Shown: positions 51,624 to 64,000 of the stretch, piece by piece | How positions within the stretch are numbered: the first letter of the stretch is position 1 | Layout of the letters: each line of letters starts with the position of its first letter | Source: Klebsormidium nitens | Taxonomy: Eukaryota > Plantae > Klebsormidiophyceae | DNA: 64,000 bases | Assembly (NCBI GenBank): GCA_000708835.1 | Contig: DF237021.1 | Coordinates: forward strand, 124,001 to 188,000 | Direction: 5' to 3' | Translations under genes and position numbers: made by a program | The notes under the pieces: model-generated | The model's database searches: none | Told to the model about the DNA's origin: nothing | The model's input: only the letters and a program-made list of their open reading frames with translations

Positions 51624-51835
51624 GGCATCGTGTCAGAACACATGTGTGCAAGGGCGTCCGGAACTCCGAAAATTGGCCCTCGCCGGGGGGGGGCTGGAGG
51701 CTGGTGGGAGCAACATCTAGGGGCAATTTTACCCCTAGGTAAAATCGGGCATTCTAATTGGAGGGGGGAGGGCTGGAGGCCGGTTTTATTTTCGGAGTTC
51801 CGGACGCCCCTGCAGACATGTTTTGACACGATGCC
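51624..51835. mobile_element. MITE-like non-autonomous element or long hairpin with imperfect terminal inverted repeats of about 50 bp
   Basis: The left arm ggcatcgtgtcagaacacatgtgtgcaagggcgtccggaactccgaaaat pairs with the right arm attttcggagttccggacgcccctgcagacatgttttgacacgatgcc; the inner part is a perfect match. No clear TSD. Confidence 0.6.
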
Positions 51836-52512
51836 TGGCTCTCACAGACGCGTCCTCTACTGAGCTGCAGCCACCAGCTCTAGCTGGTTTCTCAATATCA
51901 TGCGGCCATGCAGAGTGACTGTTGGTGACCCGTGACCACATGACTCATCCAACGTGCTTAATCGTTCCCGTTCCCGATCCACCACATGTGCCCCGCACAA
52001 TTCTAAATCACGATATATACAGTTCCTTGCATCGCTGTTTGTGTCCCCAGGGTGTGGACCGGGAATATGTTGCGGATCATGCAAAATTAGCCCCATGCCT
52101 CGTCATGTGCATCATCCTATTCAGAAGTATCCATATTGCGCGATAGCCAAGCTTAGTGGCAATACGGGAAAAATAGAACCATGCTTGGCAACTCTATCCA
52201 GGTACTGGTATGCGTAACTTCAAATCCACATGACCAGGCCTGTCGCCCATACCGAAAGCGCGTCCAGAGGAACAGGTCAACTAACTGTCCGAGGCTTTTG
52301 AAGCTTCTTGACCATTTAACAGATCAAAAACGGAAATATAACTTTGTCTTGAGACCGTTTTATTTTCTAAAGCCCTTATCGATGGCTCTGCACCGAACAA
52401 GAAAATCTTAGACGAACATCCAAATTTACCAGAATTCTGTACAGACTTTTTGACACCTATGTGCTAAGACCTGCGTGCATGACAGAGGACCTGAAAGCTT
52501 CCACGGCTTGCT

Positions 52513-54085
52513 TCAAGCGGCTGCTGCTTGTAATTGCTCCTCCTGTGTATCTGCTGCTGGGTTTGCCTTTTGCCGCTTTGCTTTGATATCCGCAATCGCC
52601 GCCTTGATTGCATCTTCCGCAAGCATGCTGCAGTGAAGCTTGACAGGCGGGAGCACGAGGTGCTTTGCAATCTCGCTGCAGGGAAGCAACATATGAAGTC
52701 AGGTGCGGCCAGCATGCACGAAGCGACACTCGATACATATTTGGCTAGTGCTTCTCTTCACCAAAACAGTATTATGATGAGCTCCGACTTGCGGTTCGTG
52801 GCATGGCAACCTACTTATCGGCCAAGCTGACAGAGCAGGGACAAGGAAAGTCGATTCTACGCCTCACCAAGAGAAGCAACTCGGAATCTCAGATCTCTCA
52901 CTTGGTCAAGCGGTCTGATCCCTTGATATGTACTGTGAAACTTGTTTTGAACGGTTATCTTTTTTTCTCTCACATGGCCGACGCAAAAAGAAGGGGCACC
53001 ACATCAACCCTTTCCAAAGCCCTGCCAACCAGGCAGCGGGGTGGCCGAAAATGAATCCTCCTTTTCTCAATCGAAGCACGCAACATGCCCAAAGTCATCA
53101 GGGCGGAGGGGCAGAACGCGCTTCTGTTGCATCTGATAAGATCGCTTAGAAGGCTTGCAACAATCCTGCAACATGCAACCGCAGAGCAGCGCAGAAAGCG
53201 ATTGCATCGTAAGTAGGGTAAAGTTCAGGGGGAAAATATATCTCACGTGTTCTTGATCTTCAGCGCCTCATCCATAGCCTTCCCTTTGATCCACTCGGTT
53301 GCTGCAGGCGTAAAGCAACGAATCCATTAAGAGGTTGTGCTAAGCTAATCAATACTTTCTGCAGCAAGTCATTCAGAAATATGACCAGATAAAGCTGACG
53401 CAGCAGTCCTTTTGACCGCAGAATGATGGGAAAACAGAGCGTGGCCTGCCACAAACCCATGCACAACCTTGCGGTGCGGAGCTTGTGGCACATCTTCACA
53501 ATTCCTCACTTAAGCAGCATTGCACCATGCACGAAGAAAAGTCCGGGTAAGCCCAAACCTTAACAGCAACGGGCCAAGCCTGTCTTTAAAGCCCGATGAT
53601 AAAGGTTGCCCGACCAAGGACCATGAAAATAGAGCATGGAATAGGTTCTGTCCATCCGAAACACTTCCCTTTCAACCTCTCCTTAAAAGACACAAGCTAC
53701 CCAGAAAGATTTTCCTACAAGTGCTGTTGCAAACTGATATACTTCCAAGGAAATAGCTGCGCCACTAAGTAATGTTGTGAGCCCACTTACCCACAGAGGA
53801 CGACGCAATTGCTGAGCCACACCCGAAAGTCTTGAAGCACGAGTCTATGATCTCCCCGTTCTCATTAACCCTTATCTGCAGCTTCATGACATCACCGCAA
53901 GCTGGAGCCCCGACCAGACCCGTCCCGACATTGGTGTCGTTCTTATCAAATGACCCGACGTTCCTCGGCTTGTTGTAGTGATCTACCACGTTCTTATGAT
54001 AAGCCCGTGCAGCAGATGCTGCACCTAGGTTGCTTCGCAGGGTGCCCGCGCACCTGAGGCCCCTGCCCGCTAGGGCGCCTGACAT
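52513..54085 (-). CDS. ISU1: Mitochondrial Fe-S cluster scaffold ISU/IscU; exons 53791-54085, 53247-53301, 52513-52675
   Basis: Motifs YHKNVVDHYNKPRNVGS, GLVGAPACGDVMKLQI, FKTFGCGSAIASSS, ATEWIKGK and LPPVKLHCSMLAEDAIKAA. Confidence 0.95.
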
Positions 54086-54861
54086 ATCGACCTTTTGCCT
54101 GACAGAATCGTTCCTTCTTTGCACCTCTCCTTGCACTAGCCAAGATGCTTAGCAGCTGACAAGCGCCGGATTAAGTAAGGAATGACAAGATTTCGAAATG
54201 CTTGCGCTTTCTCGTGGGCTCCCTGTAGGCTGTAGAAATGCCTGGGCTTCGTGTACAGCTAGGGACTCGGAGTCGTTGTCGGAGCCTGCTGTATTTGCTA
54301 CGCCATCATCTTCCTCTCCCAAGTGCAACTAGGTTCGCGAATATCTATTATGAGGTTATGTACTCGAACCCTCTCGGTACAAAGTTAGAACTTTATTAGC
54401 TTGTGTGGTCGACGAGTGTTGAGAGTGCAAAAGTTCTGCATCGAGGGCCTATACTTGCCACGTCACACTGTACTTTATAGGTGACGTCAGAGAATCTGGA
54501 GGAGGATCAAAGGTCTTCTGACCGCCGTCCGTTCTTCCAGAGTGGCGCATCTGACGCTTGAGAAACCCCTGAAGCTCGCTTAGGCCCAGGGACTTGGCAC
54601 GAGAGAGCAGTACTTAGATACCGAAGAGGGAGGAGGAAGAGGAAGGCCCAGTCATGAGTCCAGGAGTCGTAGGACTAGCAGAGGAGCTAGTAGAGCCTGG
54701 AGAAAGGAGAGCACAGGGGGAAGGGCGCAGAAGCTGGGGAGCAATCTGGTTTGGTTTTGAAGTTCTGTAACGTCTGTAACGTCTGAAAAGCAGGGCCCGC
54801 CATACATTCCATTCTCAGAGGGCATTGCTGCGTCTCGAAATAGACTTGGAGGGCGGCCTAA

Positions 54862-57800
54862 ATGGCGCTTGCCGGAGCTATCAAAGTAGCCACTAGCGGG
54901 AGGGCCGCTTTTGCGGCTTCTCAGGATAGCGCACTTTCAAAGAAGTGGGAGCAATGCCAACAACACCGTGCGGTTTACATGGGGGCAAAGCCCTCAACAG
55001 CAAACCTTCTGAACAACTCAATCATTGGCGAAAAGTCGGCTCTTTCAGCGGGTAGACCTGTGGGGCCAGTCCATCGCACTCGGAGGGATGTTTGCAGAGC
55101 TGTCGCTGCGCAAGATGTAAAGAGCGCGGAGAGTGAAACGGCCACTGGCGACAAGGTGGGTTGCTCGGTAGAAGAAGTTTGCTTTGCGGCTCTGGTTAGT
55201 CATCGGGGATTGGAAAAGAATTGAATCAAACGAGTCTGCAGTTGCTTCGCCGCGGTCCGTGACGCTTGTCATGGACTCAATTTCAGTATATCATTACCAA
55301 TGCCACAAGAGAGACACCTTGACATTGCTCGATGGTCGTTGCAAACCAGTGTGACAGTAGGAAACCCTCAAAGATTTTCGTGAGGGCTCCTAACCATTCT
55401 CCTCACAGTCAACGTTGTCCTACTTTTCTGGTGTCTCCTCTCTTGTGCTGCCACAATCCCTGCAGCACCTGGAAACCTTTGAGGCGCCACCCTAATGCCA
55501 CCTGTGGCGCCATTAGGAGCGGTTTGACAATGTGGTGGTGGCAGATTTATAATTCATAGCATCCATGGGAGTTGGACAGGTGCTTGAAGACCACTTCATT
55601 TTTGAATGTGCATCCCTCTGGTTCTCCGGTGCTCATACCTGGTTTGTTGATCACCAACTCAACCGCTGGTGGTCAGAGCGGTCCAGGACCTGCATTTTGT
55701 CTTCATTGTTGTCAGCATCATGCAAACCAGATGCTAGCAATGCTGTATCAATGGTAGCATTAGGGTTTGCAAGGGGGTGACACGAGTCTCTCAGGTCAGC
55801 AGCCGCTTGAATATTCGAGCTGTCTTGAATTTGTCAAATGCTAAGTCGTTGTGAATGTGGTCTGTTTTCTGCCAAGGCACCACTTGAACACCCGGCATAT
55901 CCGTCAAAATGTGTCACCCAAATGTTGAAGCACTGATTGACAAAAGATCACCCCCCTCGTAATAGTCATGCCAATATCAGCTGCACGCTGTAAAACCGAT
56001 TCTGATGGATGCTCCTGAGTGGCACCCCTAGGGCATTGTTAGCTTGCTTCTTATCAGGCATAAGTGCTGCCCTCATGCGGCAAATGCAAGTCTTCAAGCA
56101 AACTGATTTGTACTCTGTCACCAAAGATCGGCATGCCAAAACGGTGACAGACTTGGCGCTGGTTTTGATATTCAACCAGCTTTCTAGAAAGTTTACCATT
56201 TTTATTTCCCATGGCACAAGTAGCTTGCTTATTTGCAAAGGATTGTTCACTTGATGTCCACCAAACATTGATGCAGATCTTCTTCTTTAGAATGTACCTC
56301 AGTTATGTTCCCTGTTGCTGGCAAAATTACAACTCATATTGCCCACCCTTTTCATCAGACTTGTCCTCTGGGTTTTACCACACAGTATCGGAAGCGGATA
56401 ACTCCTTCCAGGTGGCTTTTCTTCCTTGAACCCAGCCTTCGTCAGGTCCCTTCCTTCTTCAGGTTCCTTCCTATCGAACATGTCTTCCGCTCAAACACGT
56501 CTTCCGCCAGGAAGTTTCTTACAAGCCACACCTCCCTTCTTATGAAATCCTTGTTCTTGACAAAGTTTCTGCTTCACCAACCTTTTCTTTACGCTGCGGG
56601 AATATCTGCATGGCTTCAACTTTTCCACTGTTGACAGGATTAGATACCTTTCCACATAAACCTTTGGCTCCCAAAACAATTCTCCTTGCCAGACTCTTCC
56701 TCCTGAGCTTCTAATCGAGTGTACATTGTGCGATTGTTGACTTCACTAGTTGCTTAGATTTTCACCATCTGCAGGTTGGAAATCGCTGGGATTGCCCGGT
56801 TCTGTGATGCAGCTCTAGTTAGTCCAGTCTCAGTCAATCACAGCTTTCTGGACTCCTCTTGTTTAGAGGCACAACCACCTGTTTGTTGTTGCCACTTCTG
56901 GTTCATGTTAAACTCGAATATGACTGTCCCGTTCTGCTTCAGTGATCCTTTGTAGCGTGACTCGGAATCCGTCTCTTTCTCTGGTTGAATCAATTTGGTC
57001 TTTGTCGCTAAAGCACGTTTCATTCAGCACATCCGCGCAGTGATCAGAATTGAGCGTTCCACCTGTTCTCAAAGCGTCAAACTTCTTTGGTCGACTATTT
57101 GTTCCCTTTTTGACAGGTTGCTCCGGTCATGTGGCAATGCGCATAGCACACCATTTTCCCACTTGCACCCAGCTTAGAGAGTCCTGGATTCACCATATTG
57201 TGTCAGGTCAATTACACATTCGTTTTGGCCGACATCAACTTCAGGCTTTTGTAGGAGAAGCACTCTTTGGGGCTGCCGAAGTTCTCACTTGCAGTGACGA
57301 GAGAAACATAAACTCCATCAAATTTAATCAGGTCAAATACCCCTTCGCTGTGGCCAACGAGTCGATCAATTTTCTGCAGGTCAAATACTCCTTCGTTGTG
57401 GCCAACGCCAAGTTCATGCTGTGGGAGGAGGAGCACTTCGTGGAGCTGATGAAGGAGCGGCTTCGCTACTACGAGGAGCAGAACCGGGAGCTCGACTTCT
57501 GGATTGTCTACGAGCCCGAGTTCCTCCAGAACTTCCCCGACATCACAAAGCGCCTCGGGCGCCCGGCCGTCGCGCTCGTCTCGAGGGACGCCACCTGGAT
57601 CACGTGAGCGGTTTGTTGTCGTATTTGGAGAACCAACCTGCTTAGCTGTCTGATCTCGTTCTTAGCTGTCCGTTCACCTTATCAGATGTGAGAACTTCCT
57701 TCTTATGAGTCGGTCTAGAAAGCCAGCAGAGGCTTGCGCTTCCATACCGACCGGAAATCTGCATTTCGATCGTCCGTTGACTGTCGGTATGCATCTCGAA

Positions 57801-59004
57801 TGTGCCACTCATCCTTGGTTCTGGGTGTTCTAGACAGGAAGCCGATGTGTTGGTTATGTGACTTCGCGAGGTGCTGAAGGTCCTTTGCAGAGGCCCGTCT
57901 TGAATATTGTATGGTTGAATGGATTTGACAGATGCTACCAACGCAATGCCTTTCACTACTGGTTTGAATTGACTGGTTTGCTTGAGATTTGCAGTTGGTT
58001 CGTGTGGTGCCGGCTGACTCGACTTACTCTGTAAAACTCGTCTTGATGGTGGCACCCTGAACATTCCCAGTCTGTTCTTTCCTTGAGCGTTTCGGAAGCG
58101 CCCAACTTGGTGAAGTCAAACTGAACCTCTTTGCCATTGCGGCCCCTTGTTCTGGTCCGCCTTGTCAGGTTCAGTTCGGTTCATCTGACGGTATGTGAAT
58201 TTTCTAGGTTGCCGTCCGTTCTGCAAAATCGATTCCTTTTGCGTGTTTATTTTGGATGTAAGACTGCATATGGTCAGATCAGCTGAAATACATGCTGGTG
58301 CGGGCCAGCCAGGACGTAGTTCGGGTAGATTACCTTGGGGGAATAATGAGAAGGTTTTGTCCGAAGAAGCGTTACAGGTCTACCGGCACTCGCTGTTTAT
58401 GTACATGGTTTGAGCAAGGAAAGGATCTTTTCATGTCTTCCGCAGGCTTCCTATTTTGGACAAGCTCGATCGTCTTCAGGTTGGACCAAGTCCCATGTCG
58501 TGACTGGACGTCGCCTTTGACCATCCTTTAACTGAAACATTTGTCATTTTGTCCAAGAATACTGACAAGGTTTCTGCTATCCCTTAATCTTCCATGACTC
58601 TGAAAGGCACAATCAGCTTGACGGAGTCCAGGAGCTTTGGCTCTGCTTCGACCTGCCTGTCCGGCTTACCCTCTGATATTTGTTCTCCTTCTGTCCTCCC
58701 CCCAGTCCTCACCCATTACCTCCTACCTGTTCGTTGATGTCGACTAGCATCTCGTGATAAAGAATGAAGTTACGTGTCAAGCGTTGAAAATAGGTTCTTG
58801 CTTTGAGCAATTTCTTTCCTGTACCGCAGGTTCATGAAGCTGCGACTCGACCGCGTGTTGAAGGGGGAGTTCGAAGCGTCTGCAAACGCTGCGGAAGCCT
58901 TGAAAGGAGAGACGCCAAAGGCCGACTTCAAGCGACCAGAGCCCTGGACCGCCCCGTACTCAAAGTACGAGGACAAGTGGTGGGAGCCGTTCCTGCCCAA
59001 GTAG
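54862..59004 (+). CDS. YCF54: Ycf54 / LCAA, auxiliary subunit of Mg-protoporphyrin monomethyl ester cyclase; exons 54862-55156, 57380-57603, 58830-59004
   Basis: Motifs YSFVVANAKFM..EEHF.E...ERLR, DFWIVYEPEFL, RPAVALVS..ATWIT-FMKLRLDRV and WTAPYSKY..KWWEPF. Confidence 0.92.
57203..57379 (+). repeat. Two AG-retaining copies of the YCF54 exon-2 acceptor and head
   Basis: caggtcaattacacattcgttttggccgac (57204) and caggtcaaataccccttcgctgtggccaacg (57329), versus the real caggtcaaatactccttcgttgtggccaacg (57377). Confidence 0.9.
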
Positions 59005-60706
59005 AGCGCACGGGGGCTTTCCATAATTGACTGAGGTTCAGCTAACCCCAAATGCTTTGCTGGGGGACGTTTTGCACGGAGGCTGGTCGATGACGAGACA
59101 ATGAGCGGTCACACAGTCTGTAGTGAGTAAAGGAAGTTGTCAGGATGTTCGGTTGTCCCCGCAGTAAGAACGAACGTAGAGACAGGTTCAGCTCACCGGC
59201 CAACCACTGTGAAGGCAGGCATGCCAGCCTGCTGCATAAGTTGTTGAGACTCGTCCGGCCTTAATTTTGCAATCACGATGAGCGCTTGTCGTTTTTCGGC
59301 TTCATTGACTCGGGTCGTTTAGCTTTAGACATCCATGCCTAAGGGCGCTGACCCGCGTCATTGCTAGCCATCCGGGCGCCGCCTGGGTGGCATAGGCTCT
59401 CTAGAGACGCCCGTTCCGGACTCAGAGGTCAGGGCCCGCAGTATCTTATATATTGCAGGCTAGGCGGCCTGCCAGGAATGCCCCTTTCTCCTGGACAGAG
59501 CTCCACGGCGTCGGTCATGCTGGCCTAACCTCAATACGAATGGCAGAGCCGGAAGCATTCTCACCACTTGCGGTCCTCAAGATAGCAAGAATGATTCCGT
59601 CTGAAGGACAAGTCAGACACTTGTTCCGTCTTCCATGCTTATCATTATAATGTATTGTCCGAGTCAATCGATTTACGGTATTTGCGTATAATAAATCGTC
59701 CATATCGACCTTAATGACGAAATTTGGCATGGAGGATCGATTGCGCGGATGACGGTTCTTGACATTCTGAAATTCCTAAAGGTTTATACGGGATACTACG
59801 TACTGCATGTAGCATATCTGAGGGCCCCCACCGCGTGGCATACTTTCACAACCACGCGTCGAGTGCAGCCTTAGTTTATAATATTACACACATGGTCGGA
59901 GATAACGGCTATAGCTATACTGCGCCTCGAGTAATGATATATAGCTAGTTCGAACATGTGCATACATGCCATATCGATATCATGCAGACTCGATCATGTA
60001 CCACGGTTTATATCGGTACGTTGCAAAGGTCGCATTTGTTGAAGCTGGCGTGCAACCATGCACATGATGCATGCCACATTATGATGCATCATTCCCATAT
60101 AAACGAGCTAGTACAGCTTCGGAGCATCCCAGGGCTTGGAACGAACAGTACATGAAGGACAGCGACTGAGCCTGCTTAGTATAGCCTATCATAGTATGGC
60201 TTAGCGGCCTTCTGCATTGATCATTGCCTGACTCGTTGTCAAACAATTTGCAGGCGCCATCTTTCTAGGGTCATTTGTGCTCACCTGAGTGCCCGCTACT
60301 TCAAAGCTTCCCAGGCCCGTCATTCATACTCCAGATGAAGAGGTGAGCTGACTGCAATAATGATGCTCAGTAGTACCTTGTGACGAAGCAACACGTGCAA
60401 ACTAGCTCGATCATAAGCTGACTACGTGCCAACACTTGCAGACGTTTGCAAGCTCGTCGAACACTGGTTCAACGAAAGGTCTATCAGAAACAAAAGGCAA
60501 GCTCTTTATTTGGCCAGAATCAAGCACAGGTCTACTCGTAGCAACCTCTTTGTCTCTGGTGCTAATCCAGGCCCCGTCGAAGCGGCCTCCCATAAATGGA
60601 TAATCCTGGCTGCTACACTCCCGCAAAGCTAGACAAGCTGCAATCGAACGTTCCCTATTGTTTTGACATCCTAAGGACCTGCTATGGATTCTGTTGAAGG
60701 TCTATG

Positions 60707-63660
60707 TCAATCCTCCACAAGCCTGCCAAGGGTCTCGATAACCTGTTTCAAGTTGTACTTAGTCACCGGATCGCCCAGGAAGCCACTCAGATCCTGGCTG
60801 ATGGTCTGCAAAGCCGGAAAGGAGTCGAGGGCTTCAGTCACGCGAACCGTCACTCCTGGCTCAAGTGACTCAGGTACTTGTAACAGCTACGTCCTAAGTA
60901 GCCAGGTTTGCTTTATTACGATTTACCGTATCAGCAATGAGTTTTAATCGGGAAGTGATGACCTTGTGGCCGACTTCGGCCCAGTCTGTTGTGCCTGATA
61001 CACGACCTGCGAACGAACCTTCTGAGAAGATTGCTAACGATCTGGGTCTCTAGGACGATTGCAGTTATTGAAGGCAAGAGCCTCACCTCGATGTTCTTCA
61101 GCGTGCCTGTCAAGTCCTTGACCGAGTCTCTTAGGTGCGCAAGGTTGCCGTCTGTCAGCACCGCGTTGTTCATTCTCCTAAACAAAGAAAGCAAGTGGAG
61201 CGTGTTGGATCAGCGAGTACCCCAATCAGATCTGAAGAAACAGCTGACGTAATCCCCTCTCACGAGATTACCACTCGCACCTATTGGTACCAAAAGGTCG
61301 CTCCCTTCTGACACGTAAATCAAAGATGATCATTCAATTGTACTCATCACAAGTTTTTCGAGCTGATTTTCTTGACGAAATAGCAAAGCACGATTCGCGC
61401 GGTTGTGTTGCATTCGGATCAGAACCTGAGGGAAGAATCTCAAGTACCTGAAAGTGAGACTTCTGGAAAATGAACTGCGAGGTCAGCAGACTTCAAGCAG
61501 ATGCCAGACGACATACTGACCCCAAATTGAAAGTGCCACGTGGCAAGTTGGTAGCGCCAGCAATCTGACGACTCGGAGGCAGACTCTAACTTGTAGCCTT
61601 CTCCTTTGCAGATTTCGAATCCCTCCCAATCATGATAGTTCTAAGAAGTCACTCTTCTTTGCTCTTTGTGGTGAATCTAAGAAGCACCGGGCCAGCTGCA
61701 GAGAATAATCTGTAGTCACGTTTTTGAAAGAACAAAAGTCGTTCAGGGTGTGATGTTATGACAAACAAGTCTCCCAACCAGGCCCCTGATATCTCTCCTC
61801 TGAGTAACGCGCAACTGGCCCTCACCTGATGTCTTGGGACAACGATGTCGCGACCACCATCAGGTTCTGCAGCGCAGTCACCGACTTGCCCTCTCGCACC
61901 TCTTTCAGGAGGGGCCCAACGTCCTCCGCCATTTTGTCAACCTGCGCCCCAATGTGCAGGCAGACTCTTAGAATTAGCAAAGTTTGGGGCCGCTGAGGAG
62001 ATCAGGATACAGAAATGGGGCAAAGTGTCTGCACAACCTTGCCTGCCTGCCAGGCGATCACAGCGCGAACCTAAGACACAGGTACAATGTACCAGAATGG
62101 AGCGGCAGACACTGGATCTATACATTGTTGCGCTGTACTTTCAGCGTGACGAACTCAAACCAGCTGAATAAGCGGTCATTGAATCCCATGTTACGAAGCA
62201 TAAAGTTCTGTTGCAATTGCAACAGGATCGCAAGCACACCCGCAAAGAGGCGCTGCAAATTGCCAGATCATGATGCGTTTGCACCCGCCTCGTATGGACT
62301 ACTATGCAGCGTGCGCGCTGTCGTTATCACCAGCCTGGCTTCTCGTTGACACCAAGAATGCGGACCCTAGCTTCAATGAGGCTGATTAGAAGCTCCTCAG
62401 CGGACAAACAAAGTCCTAGGATCTTGCGGCAACATCTCCTGCTGTGTCCGAGTCACGGCAACATCCCGGAATGCGTGACCTCTCTCCTACCTTAAGTGCA
62501 GCCAAGGTTCCTTCAATTGCCGTGTAGAAAACCATGCTAATCAATCTCAGGCATTCTTTAACTTGCTTCAAATGCATTGCAATTTCCTCCCTCTCCTTCC
62601 TGTTCTGGAGGAGACAAATGAAGCAGCTGCAACAAAATAAACAGAAAGTGAGAGTCTTGTTTACCTGCAGTAAAAGGGGCCTCGTATCTGCAAGCGCCTG
62701 CTTCACCGCGGCCGCCGTCTCAAACATTTTGTCAATCCCCTGCGCGTCCATCTGCTTTGCAATCTTCGTGCAGACCCCCACGAGCTCGTCCAGACTCACG
62801 CCCTGCTCGCCCTTGATCTTATGCCGGTCGCACACGATCAGCCCCTCCTCATCGCACCCCGCGTCGAGCGGCCCGTACTTTGGCGCGGGGATCGGATGCC
62901 GCGGCGTGATGTCAATCAGCGTCTCGCTGATCAGACCGCTTTGATTCACTTCTACCAGCGCATTGCGAGGAATGACGACCGCCTGGTCTTGCAACTCGAC
63001 AACCACGTCAATTGCCGCCAGCGACGGCTTCACCTTTACGGCCTGACCGACGTCCACCCCCCGGATCCTCACAGGAGTCCCAACCGTGATCCCGCACGCT
63101 TGTTGAAACTCAACCACCGCCGTGTACTTGTGCGAGCGTGAGCGGACTTGCTGGCCTTTTATCCACGCAAAGACAAGCATGAGCAAACCCGCCCCGACCA
63201 TGATGAAGAGGCCGACGCCGCCCTCCCACATGCTGCGCCGGCCGTAGCCAAAGTTGCGCAGCGGCTGCGTCAGCTGCATCCATATTGCTTTAGGCAGGTT
63301 CACGACCGTGGGCCGCTTTTGCTCCGCAGGGGGCGGTTTTTCGGCCTCGTATGCAGCAACCAATCTGTACCGGGCATTGTGAGGGGGGGCTATGCGCTTT
63401 TGCTGACGGAGGGACGGCAATCCAAGACAAAGACTGTGTGAGCTGCTGAGCACAGGCGGGCCTGCATGCAGGAATGCAGGGTTATTGGGGAGCGCTTGAG
63501 GGGGCTTGAGGCAACTAGGCGCAAGACTGCGCCGGGAGCGAATGGGGATTGCAGGGAATGAACAGGCTGCTATATGGTGTGGTCTAAGTGCACAACTGGA
63601 TGAGAATGCGCCCGGATTGGCCTGCGGCACTCCCAAAGGACTGCGGAGCAATGCAGCCAT
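60707..63660 (-). CDS. TGD2: TRIGALACTOSYLDIACYLGLYCEROL 2 (MCE/MlaD domain plastid lipid transporter subunit); exons 62665-63660, 61826-61941, 61087-61177, 60707-60805
   Basis: Motifs RSMWEGGVGLF, VEFQQACGITVGTPVRIRGVDVG, NQSGLISETLIDITP, GLIVCDR..IKGEQGVSLDELVG and TLKNIE-TISQDLSGFLGD. The exons join in frame. Confidence 0.94.
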
Positions 63661-64000
63661 CTTTTCAGCTGGAAACAAGATCCGACTTGCTAAGGCATCG
63701 CTGTCGCTCGTTGCAGAAACCAGGAATGAGCGGCCAGTCTAAGATCAATCCCAAACATAAAAGGCAAGAGACTACTCCGATGGCTGCTGCGTTATCCTAG
63801 AGCAGGATACTACGGTAGACCTTGTGCGAGGAAGAGCGTGCTTGGCGCCCCAGGTTGAAGAGTTTGGGCCGTGTCTGCAATGCACTCCTGCAGCTCACCG
63901 CTAGGCCACCATTGCTCTGCCCTTCGTACCTAACTTGTATGCATAGTGTGAATGGACCTCTCATGAATGCTGACTGTACCATCGCTCTGCAGAGGATGCC

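Noticed and set aside
55157-56950. Possible nested gene or TE in the long YCF54 intron 1 (short Lys/Glu-rich minus-strand ORFs)
   Set aside because: No recognisable domain, no terminal repeats and no consistent splice model.
4412-63660. Functional cluster of plastid-targeted genes (PYRR, KsgA, carA, YCF54, TGD2)
   Set aside because: The pathways are unrelated and the genes are interspersed with cytosolic and mitochondrial genes; such density is unremarkable in a compact algal genome.

Overview
Intron-rich eukaryotic nuclear DNA, most likely from a streptophyte (charophyte) green alga such as Klebsormidium. This is an inference from the plant-type gene set (PYRR, PFC1/KsgA, GPDHc1, ACR, YCF54, TGD2, ankyrin kinase) together with a B12 enzyme absent from land plants. 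I reconstructed 13 protein-coding genes by hand using GT-AG splice sites and frame continuity. In order they are: an MBD-domain protein (-, partial), PYRR with NADAR domain (+), MMAB (-), ankyrin-repeat kinase (+), plastid KsgA (-), carA (-), HPR2-like reductase (+), an F-box/LRR-like ORF (+), GPDHc1 (-), ACR (+), ISU/IscU (-), YCF54 (+) and TGD2 (-). There is also a 293-N gap and a MITE-like hairpin. The most striking unexplained structure is that many introns hold serial, progressively decayed 'echo' copies of the neighbouring splice junction. Copies of acceptor plus exon head lie upstream of the exon, and one copy of exon tail plus donor lies downstream. Clear echoes occur in at least four unrelated genes (MBD, PYRR, GPDH, YCF54), with fainter ones in two more (HPR, KsgA). 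Some retain AG, one could form an in-frame cassette exon, and one shows a strong synonymous bias. Exon boundaries and counts were determined by eye and need computational confirmation.
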